NCBI RefSeq assembly: GCF_963921235.1
Contig: NC_086097.1
Span: 22,446,001-22,510,000 of the forward strand
DNA: 64,000 bases
From: Mobula hypostoma
Lineage: Eukaryota
Reading direction: 5' to 3'
This document shows, piece after piece, positions 26,601 to 39,029 of the stretch; position 1 is the stretch's first letter; each line of letters opens with the position of its first letter. The notes beneath the pieces were generated by a model that had not been told where the DNA came from, did not search any database, and was given only the letters and a program-made list of their open reading frames with translations. A program made the position numbers and the translations under genes.

Positions 26601-26704
26601 CATTTTATAGAAACACACAAGGCTATGGATGGTTTAGGTAGAGTAAATGGAGAAAAGTTGTTTCCATTAGCAACTGGTTCAAAGACAAGGGAATATGGAC
26701 CTTA

Positions 26705-26883
26705 ACACGAGGAAATCTGCAGATGCTGGAAATTCAAGCAACACACACAAAATGCTGGTGGAACGCAGCAGGCCAGGCAGCGCCTATAGGAAGAGGTACA
26801 GTTGACGTTTCAGGCTGAGACCCTTCGTCAGGACTAACTCTTCCTATAGATGCTGCCTGGCCTGCTGCGTTCCACCAGCATTT
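26705..26883. mobile_element. Fold-back Penelope-like mini-insertion with 15-bp TSD
   Basis: TSD GGAATATGGACCTTA at 26690-26704 and 26884-26898; arms 26750-26795 and 26838-26883; minus-strand hammerhead motif at 26800-26835. Confidence 0.9.
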
Positions 26884-27344
26884 GGAATATGGACCTTACA
26901 ATGCTGGGCAAAGTTTTAAGAGGAATGTGAGGAAATTTTTCTTTAATCCAGAATTGTAATGATATGGAAGTCGCTAGATATCAAATTCAAAAGGAAAGAG
27001 ATAGTTACTTCAAAGAGTACAGTTGCAGAGCCAAAAAGGGAAAAGCAGAGGAAAAGGTCTTTTGTGATAGTTCCACTGGAGTTGGCATTTGCGCAGTGGG
27101 ATGCTCAGGATCCTCCTGTGCTGTGATGATTAAATAAACATTTAAAAAATAAGCTTTATATCATTGAATAATATATAGTTATTTAAAGTCAGACACCTAT
27201 TGTACATTATATTCGAGAAGGTGTTTTCTTTTGCAAAGGGAGATCAGAATTAAGAGTTACAAAATAGAAAATAAATCCAGAAGAAATTAATAGTGATGCA
27301 CGAAATGTTAGTGGAAGTCAGCAGGCCAGACAACATCTCTAGAG

Positions 27345-27423
27345 CAGGGGTTCCCAACCTGGGGTTTATGGACCCCTCAGTTAATAGTAGGGGTCCATGA
27401 CATGAAAACTTTGGGAACCCCTG
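27345..27423. mobile_element. 79-bp hAT MITE inside a Penelope-like copy
   Basis: TIR CAGGGGTTCCCAA / TTGGGAACCCCTG; degenerate TSD CTCTAGAG/CTGTGGAG; same family as 18298-18362. Confidence 0.75.
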
Positions 27424-27581
27424 CTGTGGAGGTTAATGGACAGTCAACACTTTGGTTCTAGACCCTTCTTCAGGACTGGAATCAAAGAGGGGAGAAAATC
27501 TGTATAATAGGGGTAGGGCAAGGATGGATTGACAGCTGGCAGCTGATAGGTGGATCGAGGTGAGATGAACTATGGGATGTG

Positions 27582-28547
27582 GACTATTTGATTTGGACTA
27601 TGGGATTAATGGATTTGTGGCTAAATCTGCCGATGATACAAAGATAGGTGGAGGAGCAGGTAGTGTTGAGGAAATAGAGGGCCTGCAGAGAGACTTAGAT
27701 AGTTTAGGGGAATGGGCAAAGAAGTGGCAAATGAAATACAATGTGGGAAAGTGTATGGTCATGTACTTTGGTGGAAGAAATAAACAAGCAAACTATTATT
27801 TAGATGGGGAGAGAATTCAAAATGCAGTGATGCAAAGGGACTTTGGAGTCCTTGTGCAGGATATCCTAAAGGTTAACTTCCAGGCTGAGTCGAATGTGAA
27901 GAAGGCAAATGCAATGCTGGCATTCATTTCTAGAGGTATAGAATATAAGAGCAAGGATGTGATGTTGAGGCTCTAAAAGGCACTTGTAAGACCACACTTG
28001 GAGTATTGTGTGCAATTTTGGGTTCCTTATTTTAGAAAGGATATACTGACATTGGAGGGGGTTCAGAGAAGATTCACGAGAATGATTCCAGGAATGAAAG
28101 GGTTACTATATGAGGAATGTCTGGCAGCTCTTGGGCTATATTCCCTGGAGTTTAGGAGAACGAGGGGAGATCTCATAGAAACATTCCAAATGTTAAAAGG
28201 CTTAAACAGATTAGATACGGCAAAGTTATTCCCATGGTAGGGGAGTCTAGGACAAGAGGGCATGACTTCAGAATTGAAGGACGTCCACTTAGACTAGAGA
28301 TGCGGAGAAATTACTTTAGTCAAAGGGTGGTAAATATGTGGAATTTGTTGCCACGAGTGGCAGTGGAAGCCAAATCATTGGGTGTATTTAAGGCAGAGAT
28401 AGATCGGTTCTTGATTAGCCAAGACATCAAAGGATATAGGGAGAAGGCAGGGGAGTGGGGATGACTGGAAGAATTGGATCAGCCCGTGATTGAACGGTGG
28501 AGCAGACCCGATGGGCCGAATGGCCTACTTCTGCTCCTATTTCTTAT
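27582..28547 (+). mobile_element. CR1 3' fragment nested in a minus-strand Penelope-like copy (~27295-28790)
   Basis: AKSADDTKIGG...[28 protein letters not shown]; 3' UTR gggccgaatggcctacttctgctcctatttcttatg. Confidence 0.9.
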
Positions 28548-29044
28548 GGAAAGGCAGGCAGGTGGGAATAATGTGAGAGGCTGAAAGGTGATAGGTGAAA
28601 GTGATAAAGGGCTGAAGATGATGGAATCTGATAGGAGGCCTGTATTGAGTCTTGTTGATGTAGAGAAGGCTGCACCAGAAGCATTGGATACAATTAGTGA
28701 CACGATGGATTTACAAGTTAATGACTGCCTCATCTCAAAGGACTGTTTAGGCCCTGAATCCGGCAGGTCTAACACTTAGCATGGTTACAGGGATAAGTGG
28801 ATGTCTGGAGAGTAGTTTGAATGCAGAATTTGCCTCTGAATGGAGTAATTGAAGTAACCAGCTCAGAGCTTGAGAAGCACGTAAGAGAGAAAAGAATAGT
28901 TTAACAGTTTTGGCTTAAAAATTAAAAAGCAGGGCTATTTCATTTTGTGCCTGTTCAACATTTATTCCCCAACAGATACCTTAAAAGCCTGCATAGTATC
29001 ACATTGCTGTATAAAAAATGGCAAAATTGAGTGTTCTCCATGAG

Positions 29045-30340
29045 TTTCAAGATTCAAGATTGCTTAACGTCATTTCCAGTACACAAGTGTAAAGGACAAT
29101 TAAATAATTGTTACTCCGGATCCGATGCAGCACAAAAAACACTAATTAGATAAAGAATGAAATAATAAAAAATAAATATAAATATATAAGATAGGTTATA
29201 TACACAGATCCTGTGACGCCAGGCACAAAAGGGTCTGTACGTAAGGTGACTCAACAGGAAATGATAAATTAGCGGTGGTGGAGGGTGTACAGTGGTGGGC
29301 TATTGGGTGGAGGTGTTGATCAGCCTTACTGCTTGGGAAAGGGAGCTGATTTTGAGTCTGGTGGCTTTGGCGTGAATCCCAGTCCCAAGCCTCTTCCCTG
29401 AGGAGTGGGACAAACAGACCATGAGCAGAGTGGGTGATGTTCTCAGCCCTTTACCAACACCTGTCTGTATTATTGTCCTTGATTGTGCTGGTGATGCAGT
29501 GGGCAGTTTTGACTACCGTTGTCGAGCTTTCCGATCCTGTGCCATGTGGTTCCCGCACCATGCACTGATGCAGCATGTTAGGATGCTTCTCTACTGCGCA
29601 TCTGTAAAGGGATCTGAATATAGATGAGCATAGACCAGCTCTTTTCAGCCCCCTCAGTAAGTAGAGGCATTGTTGAACTTTTCCTGATTGTGTATGGTTT
29701 GTTCTGGCAGCATGAGATGTCTTTCAGGACGTGTACTCCTAGGAGTCCGAAACTGCTTGCAGTTTCCACAGCTGTGCTGCTGATGTAAAGGGGGGTGTGA
29801 GTGGTGCAAGTTTTCCCGAAGTCAATAACCTACTCCTTCATCATGTTGACATTGAGGAAGAGGTTATTTGTCTGGCACCAGGCTTCAAGCTCTTCCATCT
29901 CCTCTCTGTGGGCCATCTCATTGTTGTTGGTGATACTGTGTTATTGGCGAACTTGACAGTGTGATTACTCAGGTACTTGGCTGTGCAGTCATGTGTGAGC
30001 AAAGCGTACAGCAATGGGCTCAGCACACAGCCCGGGGGGTGGGGGGGCACCTGTGTTGAGGATGATAGGGATGGAAGAGCAGTTGTGCATCCTTATTATC
30101 TGAGGTTTGGAAGTCCAACTTCTAATTGGACAGGGGAGAATTTAGATTGACGAGTAGGAGTTTGTTCACCAAAGTCTGTGGGACAATAGTGTTCAATGCC
30201 AAACTGAAATCCAGAAAGAGCATTTTAACACAAGTGTCCTTGTTTTCTAGGTGTGCCAGGGCCTGGTGCATGACAGATGTTATGGCATCTGCCGTAGAGC
30301 AGTTCTGTGGGTAACCATATGGGTGCGTGTCCAGTGTAGC
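29045..30340 (-). mobile_element. Degenerate Rex1/Babar LINE
   Basis: PPGCVLSPLLYALLTHDCTAKYLSNHTVKFANN; ttcaagattcaagat tail. Confidence 0.8.
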
Positions 30341-32239
30341 AGGAATGGAGTTTTTGTTATCAGCTATTCAAAGCACTTTCCTCCCAGATTCAGGTGAAGT
30401 ATGGATTAGGATTGGTGAGGTATGGACATGCCATTCTGGATGCCAGAAATGTGGCAACAGTTGCGAGCTGCCCAGCACAATACTCGCTGATTTGATTTGA
30501 CACAAACAATGCATTTCACTGTATGTGTGACCAATAAAGCTAATCTCCATGTCTGCCACATTTCCCAGCATTAGGACAAGACTGCACTTCAAGCCAGGGT
30601 TTACTTCTCTGCAAAATGTTTTTGAAGATACTGAGGGTATGAAAAGTGCTATTTAAAAGCATCAAAGTTCAGTAGTCATTTGTGAAGCATTGATTCTTCT
30701 GTGAGTATGGTGTAGGTATACAGAACTGTTCAATAATGATGTAGTAATGGTGACAAACTTATCCGGTCCCTTTGATGACATTATAGCTCAGCATGCGTAG
30801 ACTGATGCACAGCTAGTCTCAAAGCAATGGGTTGTATAACAAAGAATGATCAACAATAAAATATTTCCCTTTCCAGTGGTTTCAGCTGCCTTCTCTTTGA
30901 CTTGGTAAAGGGGCAGCTTTAATTACCACCATTAATGTAAAGATCTATTGTCATGTTTTGTTATTTCAGATTCAGACACATTAACTGAATCTGTGTATAG
31001 AGCCAGGAGCCTTTTCACAGGGTGAGGGTTTGACTCATGTTCCTTTACAACACGGTGGTTTTGAGACAATAACAGATACCAGCTGGAGCCTTAATAATCT
31101 GGATCCGTGTAACATTAGTAGTTGTATGTTGGTTGGGCTATCCATTACCAAAACGTAAAACTTAATAGCAGTGTGCATTAAATTAACAATGATAAGCAGG
31201 TGGTAAAAGGCTTGCATTATATTTCACATAATTTAGTTGCATGGTATTATTTACTGGGATAGGTAAACTGCTATTCATGTGTGAGACACAGCATAACCTG
31301 CAGCTCTGAATACATATTACATTTCTATTTGCACTTTTCCGCATAAGTACCAACTTTCCTGTGCATATGTCAAAAAGTGATTTGAAAATTGAAGATTTCT
31401 ACCATGGGCAGAAGTTTTACATTCCATTACTTCTACATGCCGTAGACATCTGTAGAGGCCAAGTCACTGGGCGTAGTTAAAGTGAAGGTTGATAGATTCT
31501 TGATTAGTCAGGTCATCAAATGTTACAGGAGGAAAGCTAGAGAGTGACATTCAGAGGGGTAATAAATCAGCAATGATTGAAAGGTGGAGTAGACTCAATG
31601 ATACAAATAGCCTAATTCTGCTTCTATGTCTTATGGTCTTATATGCATGTATGCGTTTTTAGAATGGGTTGCAATAACATTAAGAAATTTTCTTTTGCCC
31701 AGTGGTATTGCCGTTGGAGTGTGCAAATGTGAAAAGTTTATCTCTTGTTACTGCCTGCACGCTGTATATTCCTGCCTACTGAGTCGAGTGTGTGACCTTT
31801 CCATTCCAATTTCCTTAAATTCGTTGAAGAGGGAAAGCAAGTTCTTGCACACTTCTGGGTGAGGTAGTTCATTATCTTAATTTAGCGAGACTGCCTTAGG
31901 ATCACAGTAATGACATCTAAAACAACAAAGACGTAATGCTAACACATCCATATTTATTATTGCAGCAAACAAATGCATCCTGTTTTTGTAAAGATGAGGA
32001 TTACCTTTGTCATTTGTACATCGAAATATATAGTGAAATGTGCCACGTTCGTCAAAAAAAATCCGTGAGGATTGAGCTTCACAGCACGCAAGTGTTGCTA
32101 CACTTCTAGTGCCAAGTTGCCCACAACCCGTACATCTTTGAAATGCAGGCGGAAACCTGAGCACCTGGAGGAAACTCCCACAGTCATGGGGAGAACGTAC
32201 AAACTCCTTACAGCTTTGGCGGGAATTATTTTACTTTAT

Positions 32240-32525
32240 TTAGAGATTACAACATGGAACAGGCTCTTCCCGCCCAACAAGCCACGCAGCTCTGTAACCC
32301 ACGGCTATTTAACCCCAGCCTAATCACAGGACTATTTACAATGACCAATTAACCTGCCAATCGGTATGTCTTTGGACTGTGGGAGGAAACTGGAGCACCT
32401 GGAGGAAACCTAGGCAGTTCACAGGGAGAACGTACAAACTCCTTACAGACGTTTTCAGAATTGAACTCTGAACTCCAGAGAGCCCCAAACTGTAATAGTG
32501 TTGTGCTAACCATTAGGCTACCATG
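32240..32525 (-). mobile_element. HE1/V-SINE-like element (similar minus copies at ~23100-23390, 31990-32220, 35050-35235, 41600-41780, 41850-42270, 51200-51447)
   Basis: Reverse complement of the V-domain tgtaaggagtttgtacgttctccc...ggtgctccagtttcctcccacagtccaaagac. Confidence 0.75.
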
Positions 32526-32954
32526 ACATCTCCCCATGGTAATTAGGAAGCAAATGCATCGTTTTCGTGCTTTTGGAAACCCAAGTACTTTTCACTTAAT
32601 GAGGCTTCATGAACAGACAGTAAACCATTATAAGTATATTTGTGTAACGGCATTCCAAAAATATATGTAAGTAGATATTTTTGTACTGCTATTATAGGAC
32701 CTCTGTAAATTCCATATAACCATATAACAATTACAGCACGGAAACAGGCCATCTCGGCCCTTCTAGTCCGTGTCGAACCTCTTGTTTATCCTCAAATTCA
32801 ATTACTCCTTCATTAGCACTGGCCCATTTGACCCTGACTTCTACAACACTTCAACCTTTCTGCCTCACTGTCTGCTCTTTTTGCTGTAAAATAAATCTCT
32901 TGATTTTGGCTGTTTGTACTTACATTAAAAAAAAATCTTACATAGGTTATATCA

Positions 32955-33508
32955 TAAGATGCTAGAAGTAGAAGTAAAAAGAAGAATTGCCATTGCCAAA
33001 ACCAACTTCCAAAAAATGAAACCCATTTTTACCAACAGACACATTTCTATGACAACAAGGCTTAGCCTACTAAAATGTTACATCTGGTCAATCTTGCTGT
33101 ATGCTTCCGAAACATGGACCATAACACCAGAACTCCAAAGAAACTTAGAAGCAACAGAAATATGGTATCTTAGAAGAATGCTGAAAATATCATATAGAGG
33201 GTAACTAATGAGACAGTACTCCAACATGCCCATACAAAAAGATCTTTAATGAGAATATTAAATGAGAGGAAACTTTAATTTCCTGGGCCATTGTCATCAG
33301 AAAGGGAGAAATAGAATGCCTTACATTACAAGGCTGTATGCCTGAGAAACGCGGAAGAGGAAGGCAAAGAAGAAAATATATGGACACTGTGAAAGAACTA
33401 ACAAATCTAAATGTGCGAGATATCATTGACGCTGCGAGGGATCGTTCGATATGGAGAGCCATGATCGCCCAAGCTTATAACACACGAGGCACATGAAGAA
33501 GAAGAAGA
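32955..33508 (+). mobile_element. RTE-clade LINE 3' fragment
   Basis: EVKRRIAIAKTNFQKM...LLYASETWT...WYLRRMLKISY; GKRGRGR-like remnant; (GAA)n tail at ~33495-33508. Confidence 0.88.
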
Positions 33509-34389
33509 TGTAGGCTGATATCAACTTATGATTTATCTTGCTCTTGCAAAGCATCTTGGGACATTTTATTGTGTTACTTCTGTTATATGAAAGCAAGTTA
33601 TAGCTTTTAGGACTGAAGATAATTTTAAATTGTTCATATCAACATTCACCATTAGGAAATGACAAATTTTTGTTAAGATTTCCACTGATTTCTTGTTGGC
33701 ATATCCTGCTCTAATCTTCCTGCCTTGGCATATTGCAACTGAAAAGGGAGATTAATATGCTTGAGTGCTTGTTTTTTCTGTCCGTGAGAACAGCACAGAA
33801 TTTGGCCTGAAGTTGATTCTTTCCATGGAATTTTCTTCTGCTTTAAGCCCCCACCCTTCTCCCACCTTAATTGTCATGTGATTTTTTTGACATCAAGGCT
33901 ACAGCGGTATGGGTGAAAGAATTTATTTCCATTTAATTCTGTTTCACATGTACTGATCCATTGATCCCTCTGCTGATCTACATCTTTATTTCCATGTTGA
34001 ATGCTGATGAGGGGACAACAGAGACAAACTTGAAGGAAAGTACTAGATCTGACAGTGCTTGGCAGCTGGGTTATTATTGTGATAGTTGTCTACTTGTGGC
34101 AATTAACTTAAATTGCTTCTGTAATTTAAATAACCAGAATTATGTTCAGTTTAGTTCTCCCTCTCGAGCTCAGTGATTTAAAGAGTAAACAACTTCCCTT
34201 CCCAAGATGCCCCAGCTTTGCCACCGATTGTGTGAACTATCCCTCTCCCCTCCCTTTAATGTTTAAAGCAGTGACCTGGATCGATTGCATTCTTTAAAAT
34301 GAAGCTTGTTTATCAAGCTTTTGGTCATTTCCAATTGATCTGAAATGTAACAGTAGGATCCACGACTGACAGTCACTTGGCCAGCCAAT

Positions 34390-34785
34390 CAGATCAAACT
34401 CTTATGCCAGGATAATCAGGGACACGACCCACTCAACCAACACACTTTCCGTCCCTCTTCCCTCCGGGAGAAGGCTCAGGAGTTTGAAGACTCGTACGGC
34501 CAGATTTGGGAACAGCTTCTTTCCAACTGTGATAAGACTGTTGAACGGATCCTGACCCAGATCTGGGCCATACCCTCCAAATATCTGGACCTGCCTCTCG
34601 GTTTTTTTGGAACTACCTTACTTCTCCTTTTCTATTTTCTATTTATGATTTACAATTTAAATTTTTAATATTTACTATTGATTTGTAATTCAGGGAGTGT
34701 GAAGCGCAGAATCAAATATCGCTGTGATGATTGTACGTTCTAGTATCAATTGTTTGGTGACAATATAGTGTAAAGTATAAAGTAT
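34390..34785 (+). mobile_element. Rex1/Babar 3' end
   Basis: Encodes THPLNQHTFRPSSLR then ...RLRSLKTRTARFGNSFFPTVIRLLN; (AAAGTAT)-type tail. Confidence 0.7.
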
Positions 34786-35907
34786 AGCAGCCTATCAAAA
34801 AGCAAGATAAACAGAAAGTCCTCAGCAGAGCAGACTGCATCTGTGGTAGGAGAAAGGGGACTAATGTTTCAGGATTAGGACTTTTTTGGCGTAATTCTGA
34901 TGTAGGAAATAATAAGACTAGATTTTTTGGGGTCAGAGTTTTTTATTTTTTATTTAGAGATTTTATTATGTTCCATGACTGATGACTAGGCAGATTAATA
35001 GTTCATCATGGACTAGCTGGGCCAAAAGGCCTGTTTCTGTGTGATAATGTTCTATGACTCTATTTTTATTTGGCGGTGCAGCATGGTAAAAGGCCCTTCA
35101 GGCCCATCAAACACACGTAGCCCAATTACACCCGTGTGGCCAAAGAAACTACTAACTTGTATGCCTTTGGAATGTGAATGGGATCTGAAGCAAGTCTATG
35201 GGGTCACAGGGAGAACGTGCAAACTTCTCACAGTTGGAGAAGTTCAGAGAAGACTTCTTCTCCCCCCCCCCAACCCAAACAAACTAAACTAAAATAATAT
35301 CAAAAAGTCTAATGCTTTTGAGAAAGTCAAATACGCTTTTGTATACATTATGATGACAGTGATATCCTAAAACTTTCCATGTTAAACTGTGTCTGTCCCA
35401 AAGATCTTAATTTAGCAATTAGATGTTTCCTTTGCACCTTATAGGAGCTGCATTTAAACAATATATACTTCACTATTTCATGACAAGTGCTCTCCTTACA
35501 AATGCCCGTATCATGCATATTAATTCTGAATAAGGAATTATTCAGCCTAGTATGACTAATACATAAATGTGTGTAACTTCTTCTCTCCTTTTATACTCAC
35601 TTCCCGGTTGAGTTCCCACCATCCTCTGAATTTTATATAAATGCTATTCTTTTTTTTCCTTATCCCAACTATGTTGCCAGAATGAACAATAGACATTTTT
35701 AACACTGGCTATCACCTCCCCTTTATGCAAAGACACCATTACATTTATATCCTTAATTTTGATTGGTTGCTTGGCTAGAAGGTCTGCCACCTTGTTTCCT
35801 TGAACCCCAACATGGGTGGGGACCCATAGGTATACATAGGCCTAGATCTGAATGTTATTTGCTGCTTTTTTTTGGCACATTGGGCATTTGAGGGTCTTAT
35901 TATTTTG

Positions 35908-36134
35908 TTGGGCATGTGGCCAAGTGGTTAAGGTGTTTGTCTAGTGATCTGAAGGTTGCTAGTTCGAGCCTCAGCTGTGGCAGCGTGTTTGTGTCCTTGA
36001 GAAAGGCACTTAACCACACATTGCTCTAGTGTTTGTGCGAGGAGTGGCGCCCCACACAGACTTCAATCTGCACCTTGTAAGGCATGAAAATGCCCAACGC
36101 AGGCCTCTCATGGTCTGAGTCGACGTTCCCTCCC
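35908..36134 (+). mobile_element. tRNA-headed CORE-like SINE, variant with a different 3' part
   Basis: A box TGGCCAAGTGG, B box GTTCGAGCC, gtgtccttgagaaaggcacttaa; 3' half unlike the other three copies. Confidence 0.8.
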
Positions 36135-37017
36135 TTATTTTAATGGATTCTATTGGGAATCTTTGTTTTGGTGAAACCTTGAGGTTGTATAAAGTGAACT
36201 TTGATAATAAATGTACTTTGAACACCTGAACAACCTGTCACTGATGTACAATCACTCCTCATCTTGATCTTTTTCTGAAGGCCAAACTCAGCCACAGGTA
36301 AAGGGAAAAACCATGGATGAGAGACAGAAAGGGCTACACTGGGACCGTATTCCACATTAGGCATCCCAAGGTTTTGTGCCCATTCATTTCCCAGCCACCC
36401 AAAACTAAAGACCTTATGGATATGTTGCTTCCAACACTCTACTAATGTTGCCAATATTGGATGGCCAACTTTATGGTACATTAACGTAATAAGCCATTGC
36501 TAACTGTAATCTCTGTAGATATAAAGGTACTTCACACATTTCTACCAGTAATGCTGAAAATGGGGATGACTCAATAGCACCACACCATAATCTCAATGCT
36601 TGAGTTTGAACTTTATCTTGGGTCTTTAAGACTGCTGGTGAGACTGACCCATAAGCAACACGTCCATAATCAAAGACAGATCTGATTAAAGCAATTATAC
36701 ATTTGTTAAAGTGGCCTCCTGCTCACATCCCAATCAGACACAACTAAGGTCCTGGGTACATTTAGGGCTTTTTCACCAGAATTTTCTTCGCATCACCTTC
36801 CATGCTAGCCTTGTCTCCATCCACAGACCTAGAAACTTTACTGCTGACTCTTGTTTTAGAGTTTTAACGTATAACTTGAGATCAAATATGGGTGTAATGT
36901 TTCTTTTAGATAAACAAGTAACTTGAGTCTTTAAACAGAAAATTTAAACCGACATCCCCATTTTTCTACTTCATTAATAACTGCCTGCATTTTCCTAACT
37001 ACATAATTTATCTTTCC

Positions 37018-37233
37018 AAACACGAGGAAATCTGCAGATGCTGGAAATTCAAGCAACGCACATCAAAGTTGCTGGTGAACCCAGCAGGCCAGGCAGCATC
37101 TCTAGGAGGTACAGTCGACGTTTCGGGCCAAGACCCTAGTCCTGACGAAGGGTCTCGGCCCGAAACGTCGACTGTACCTCTTCCTAGAGATGCTGCCTGG
37201 CCTGCTGCGTTCACCAACAACTTTGATGTGTGT
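37018..37233. mobile_element. Fold-back Penelope-like mini-insertion with hammerhead at its apex
   Basis: TSD TAATTTATCTT(T)CC at 37004-37017 and 37234-37246; arms ~37055-37137 and ~37149-37234. Confidence 0.9.
37138..37173 (+). ncRNA. Minimal type-I hammerhead ribozyme motif (best-preserved copy)
   Basis: AGTC-CTGACGA-A-GGGT-CTCG-GCCC-GAAA-CG-TC^GACT; predicted cleavage after C37169. Confidence 0.75.
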
Positions 37234-37476
37234 TAATTTATCTTCCTGCCTGTCTTCCACACGGTACCATCAACAGCACATAACAATTTGTAAATGTCTG
37301 AACTGAATCTCTTGACCATGTCTGCATGCTTTTATGCATTGAGTTGCAACCACATGATTGGCAGATTAGATATCTGCATTAACGGGCAGCTGTACAGATG
37401 GACCTAATAAAGTGGCCACTGACTATCACTATATACTATTGTGAGATTCATTTTCATACAGGCATTCTCAGTAGAA

Positions 37477-37788
37477 TGACACATGGCCAAGTGGTTAAGG
37501 CATTCGACTAGCGATCCGAAGGTCGTGAGTTCGAGCCCCAGTCGAGGCAGCGTGTTGTGTCCTTGAGCAAGGCACTTAATCACACAGTGCTCTGCGACGA
37601 CACTGTTGCCAAGCTGTATGGGTCCTAATGCCCTTCCCTTGGACAACATTGGTGTCGTGGAGAGGGGAGACTTGCAGCATGGGCAGCTGCTGGTCTTCCA
37701 CACAACCTTGCCCAGGCCTGCGCCCTGAAGAGTGAAGACTTTCCAGGCGCAGATCCATGGTCTTGCAAGACTAACGGATGCCTTTACT
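37477..37788 (+). mobile_element. tRNA-headed CORE-like SINE with RTE-like body and tail
   Basis: A/B boxes; TSD TTCTCAGTAGAA at 37465-37476 and 37789-37800. Confidence 0.9.
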
Positions 37789-38640
37789 TTCTCAGTAGAA
37801 CAGATAAATACAATAGAAACAATGCAAAGCTACATGTAGACAAAGACTGAGAAGGTCCAATATATAAAAAGACAACAAGTCCAAATTTTAAAATATATAA
37901 ATAAATACTGAGGACATGAGTTGTAGATTACTTGAAAGTGAGTCTACAGGTTGTAGAATCGGTTCAGAGTTAAGATGAGTGAAGTTATCCACACTGGTTC
38001 AGGAGTCTGATGGGTAATAACTGTTGCTAAAATTAAATAAAGCCTGCTGATAATTTTGACATCATTTGAATTCAGGATTATGAGTAAATATGGTATTCAA
38101 ACAAAAGAGTAAAAGATAAGAATATTATTGAAAGACTCAAATGTATTGCGTCAAGACTGCCCTGATTGTGAGCAGTCACTTTGTTTGAAAAAGCTTATCC
38201 TTGTCTTATTAGTTTGCTTATTAGGTGCTGCAAACTGCCAGGTGGTTCACATCGACAGATGGTTTCTGCCTCATTCAGCGGTAATGGACAGTGTGTCGGT
38301 TTGCAGTTCCTGTCTGCTCAGTACACACTGTCTTCCCATTATCGGCAACTCAAGCACTTTTTGCAATGATGAAGCTTTTCTATGTCTTTGCTTAAGATGT
38401 TTTTGATAGCTATAAAGTTGTGCTCAATGATTTTGATGGGAAGAAGATATGTTTGTTCAATTGTTTGAAATTAAAATCGCTGGTTATATATAGTGCACTG
38501 TGCACTCCCTGGTAGAGTGCTGATTCATTATGGTACTCTACTCCAGTCCAAATACCCATAAATATATCTCACATTGTATGTTTATAAAAAATACCCGCTC
38601 TGACTGTGTGCTGCTGTGAGGGCAGGAATCCCTGCCAGCT

Positions 38641-38654
38641 TACACACACATATA

Positions 38655-38712
<58 letters not shown>

Positions 38713-38800
38713 CGTATACATATATATAAAAATAAATCTTTTTCCCTCTTCCCCCCCTCCCTCCCCCTCACTCCCTCTCCCCCCTCTCTCCCTCTCTCTT
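38641..38800. repeat. (CA)/(TG)n microsatellite followed by a C/T-rich tract
   Basis: Directly visible. Confidence 0.95.
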
Positions 38801-39029
38801 ACAACTATATAAAATATGTTTTAGGGAATGTATCCTGAGTGCTAAACAAAACACCAGTGGGTCTGCTGTTTAAGTAGAAGATGAGGAAAACTGCTCGATC
38901 AGATTTACTTGGAAGAATGCCGAGTTTCAAGCTAGATAATAAATTTGCATAAACAGTAATAAAATAGGGCGTGAGTAAGATCTTTCCTGAAATTGTAGAG
39001 GGGGGTCAGTGAAGGGAAATCGGCTATTC

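Noticed and set aside
37477..37555. tRNA gene (also at ~35911, 42752, 52745-52812, 58617)
   Set aside because: These are tRNA-derived SINE heads that run into SINE bodies, several with TSDs.
38273..38293. REST/NRSE-like TTCAGCGGTAATGGACAGTGT
   Set aside because: The ACC of the left half-site is missing and the spacing is one base off the canonical motif.
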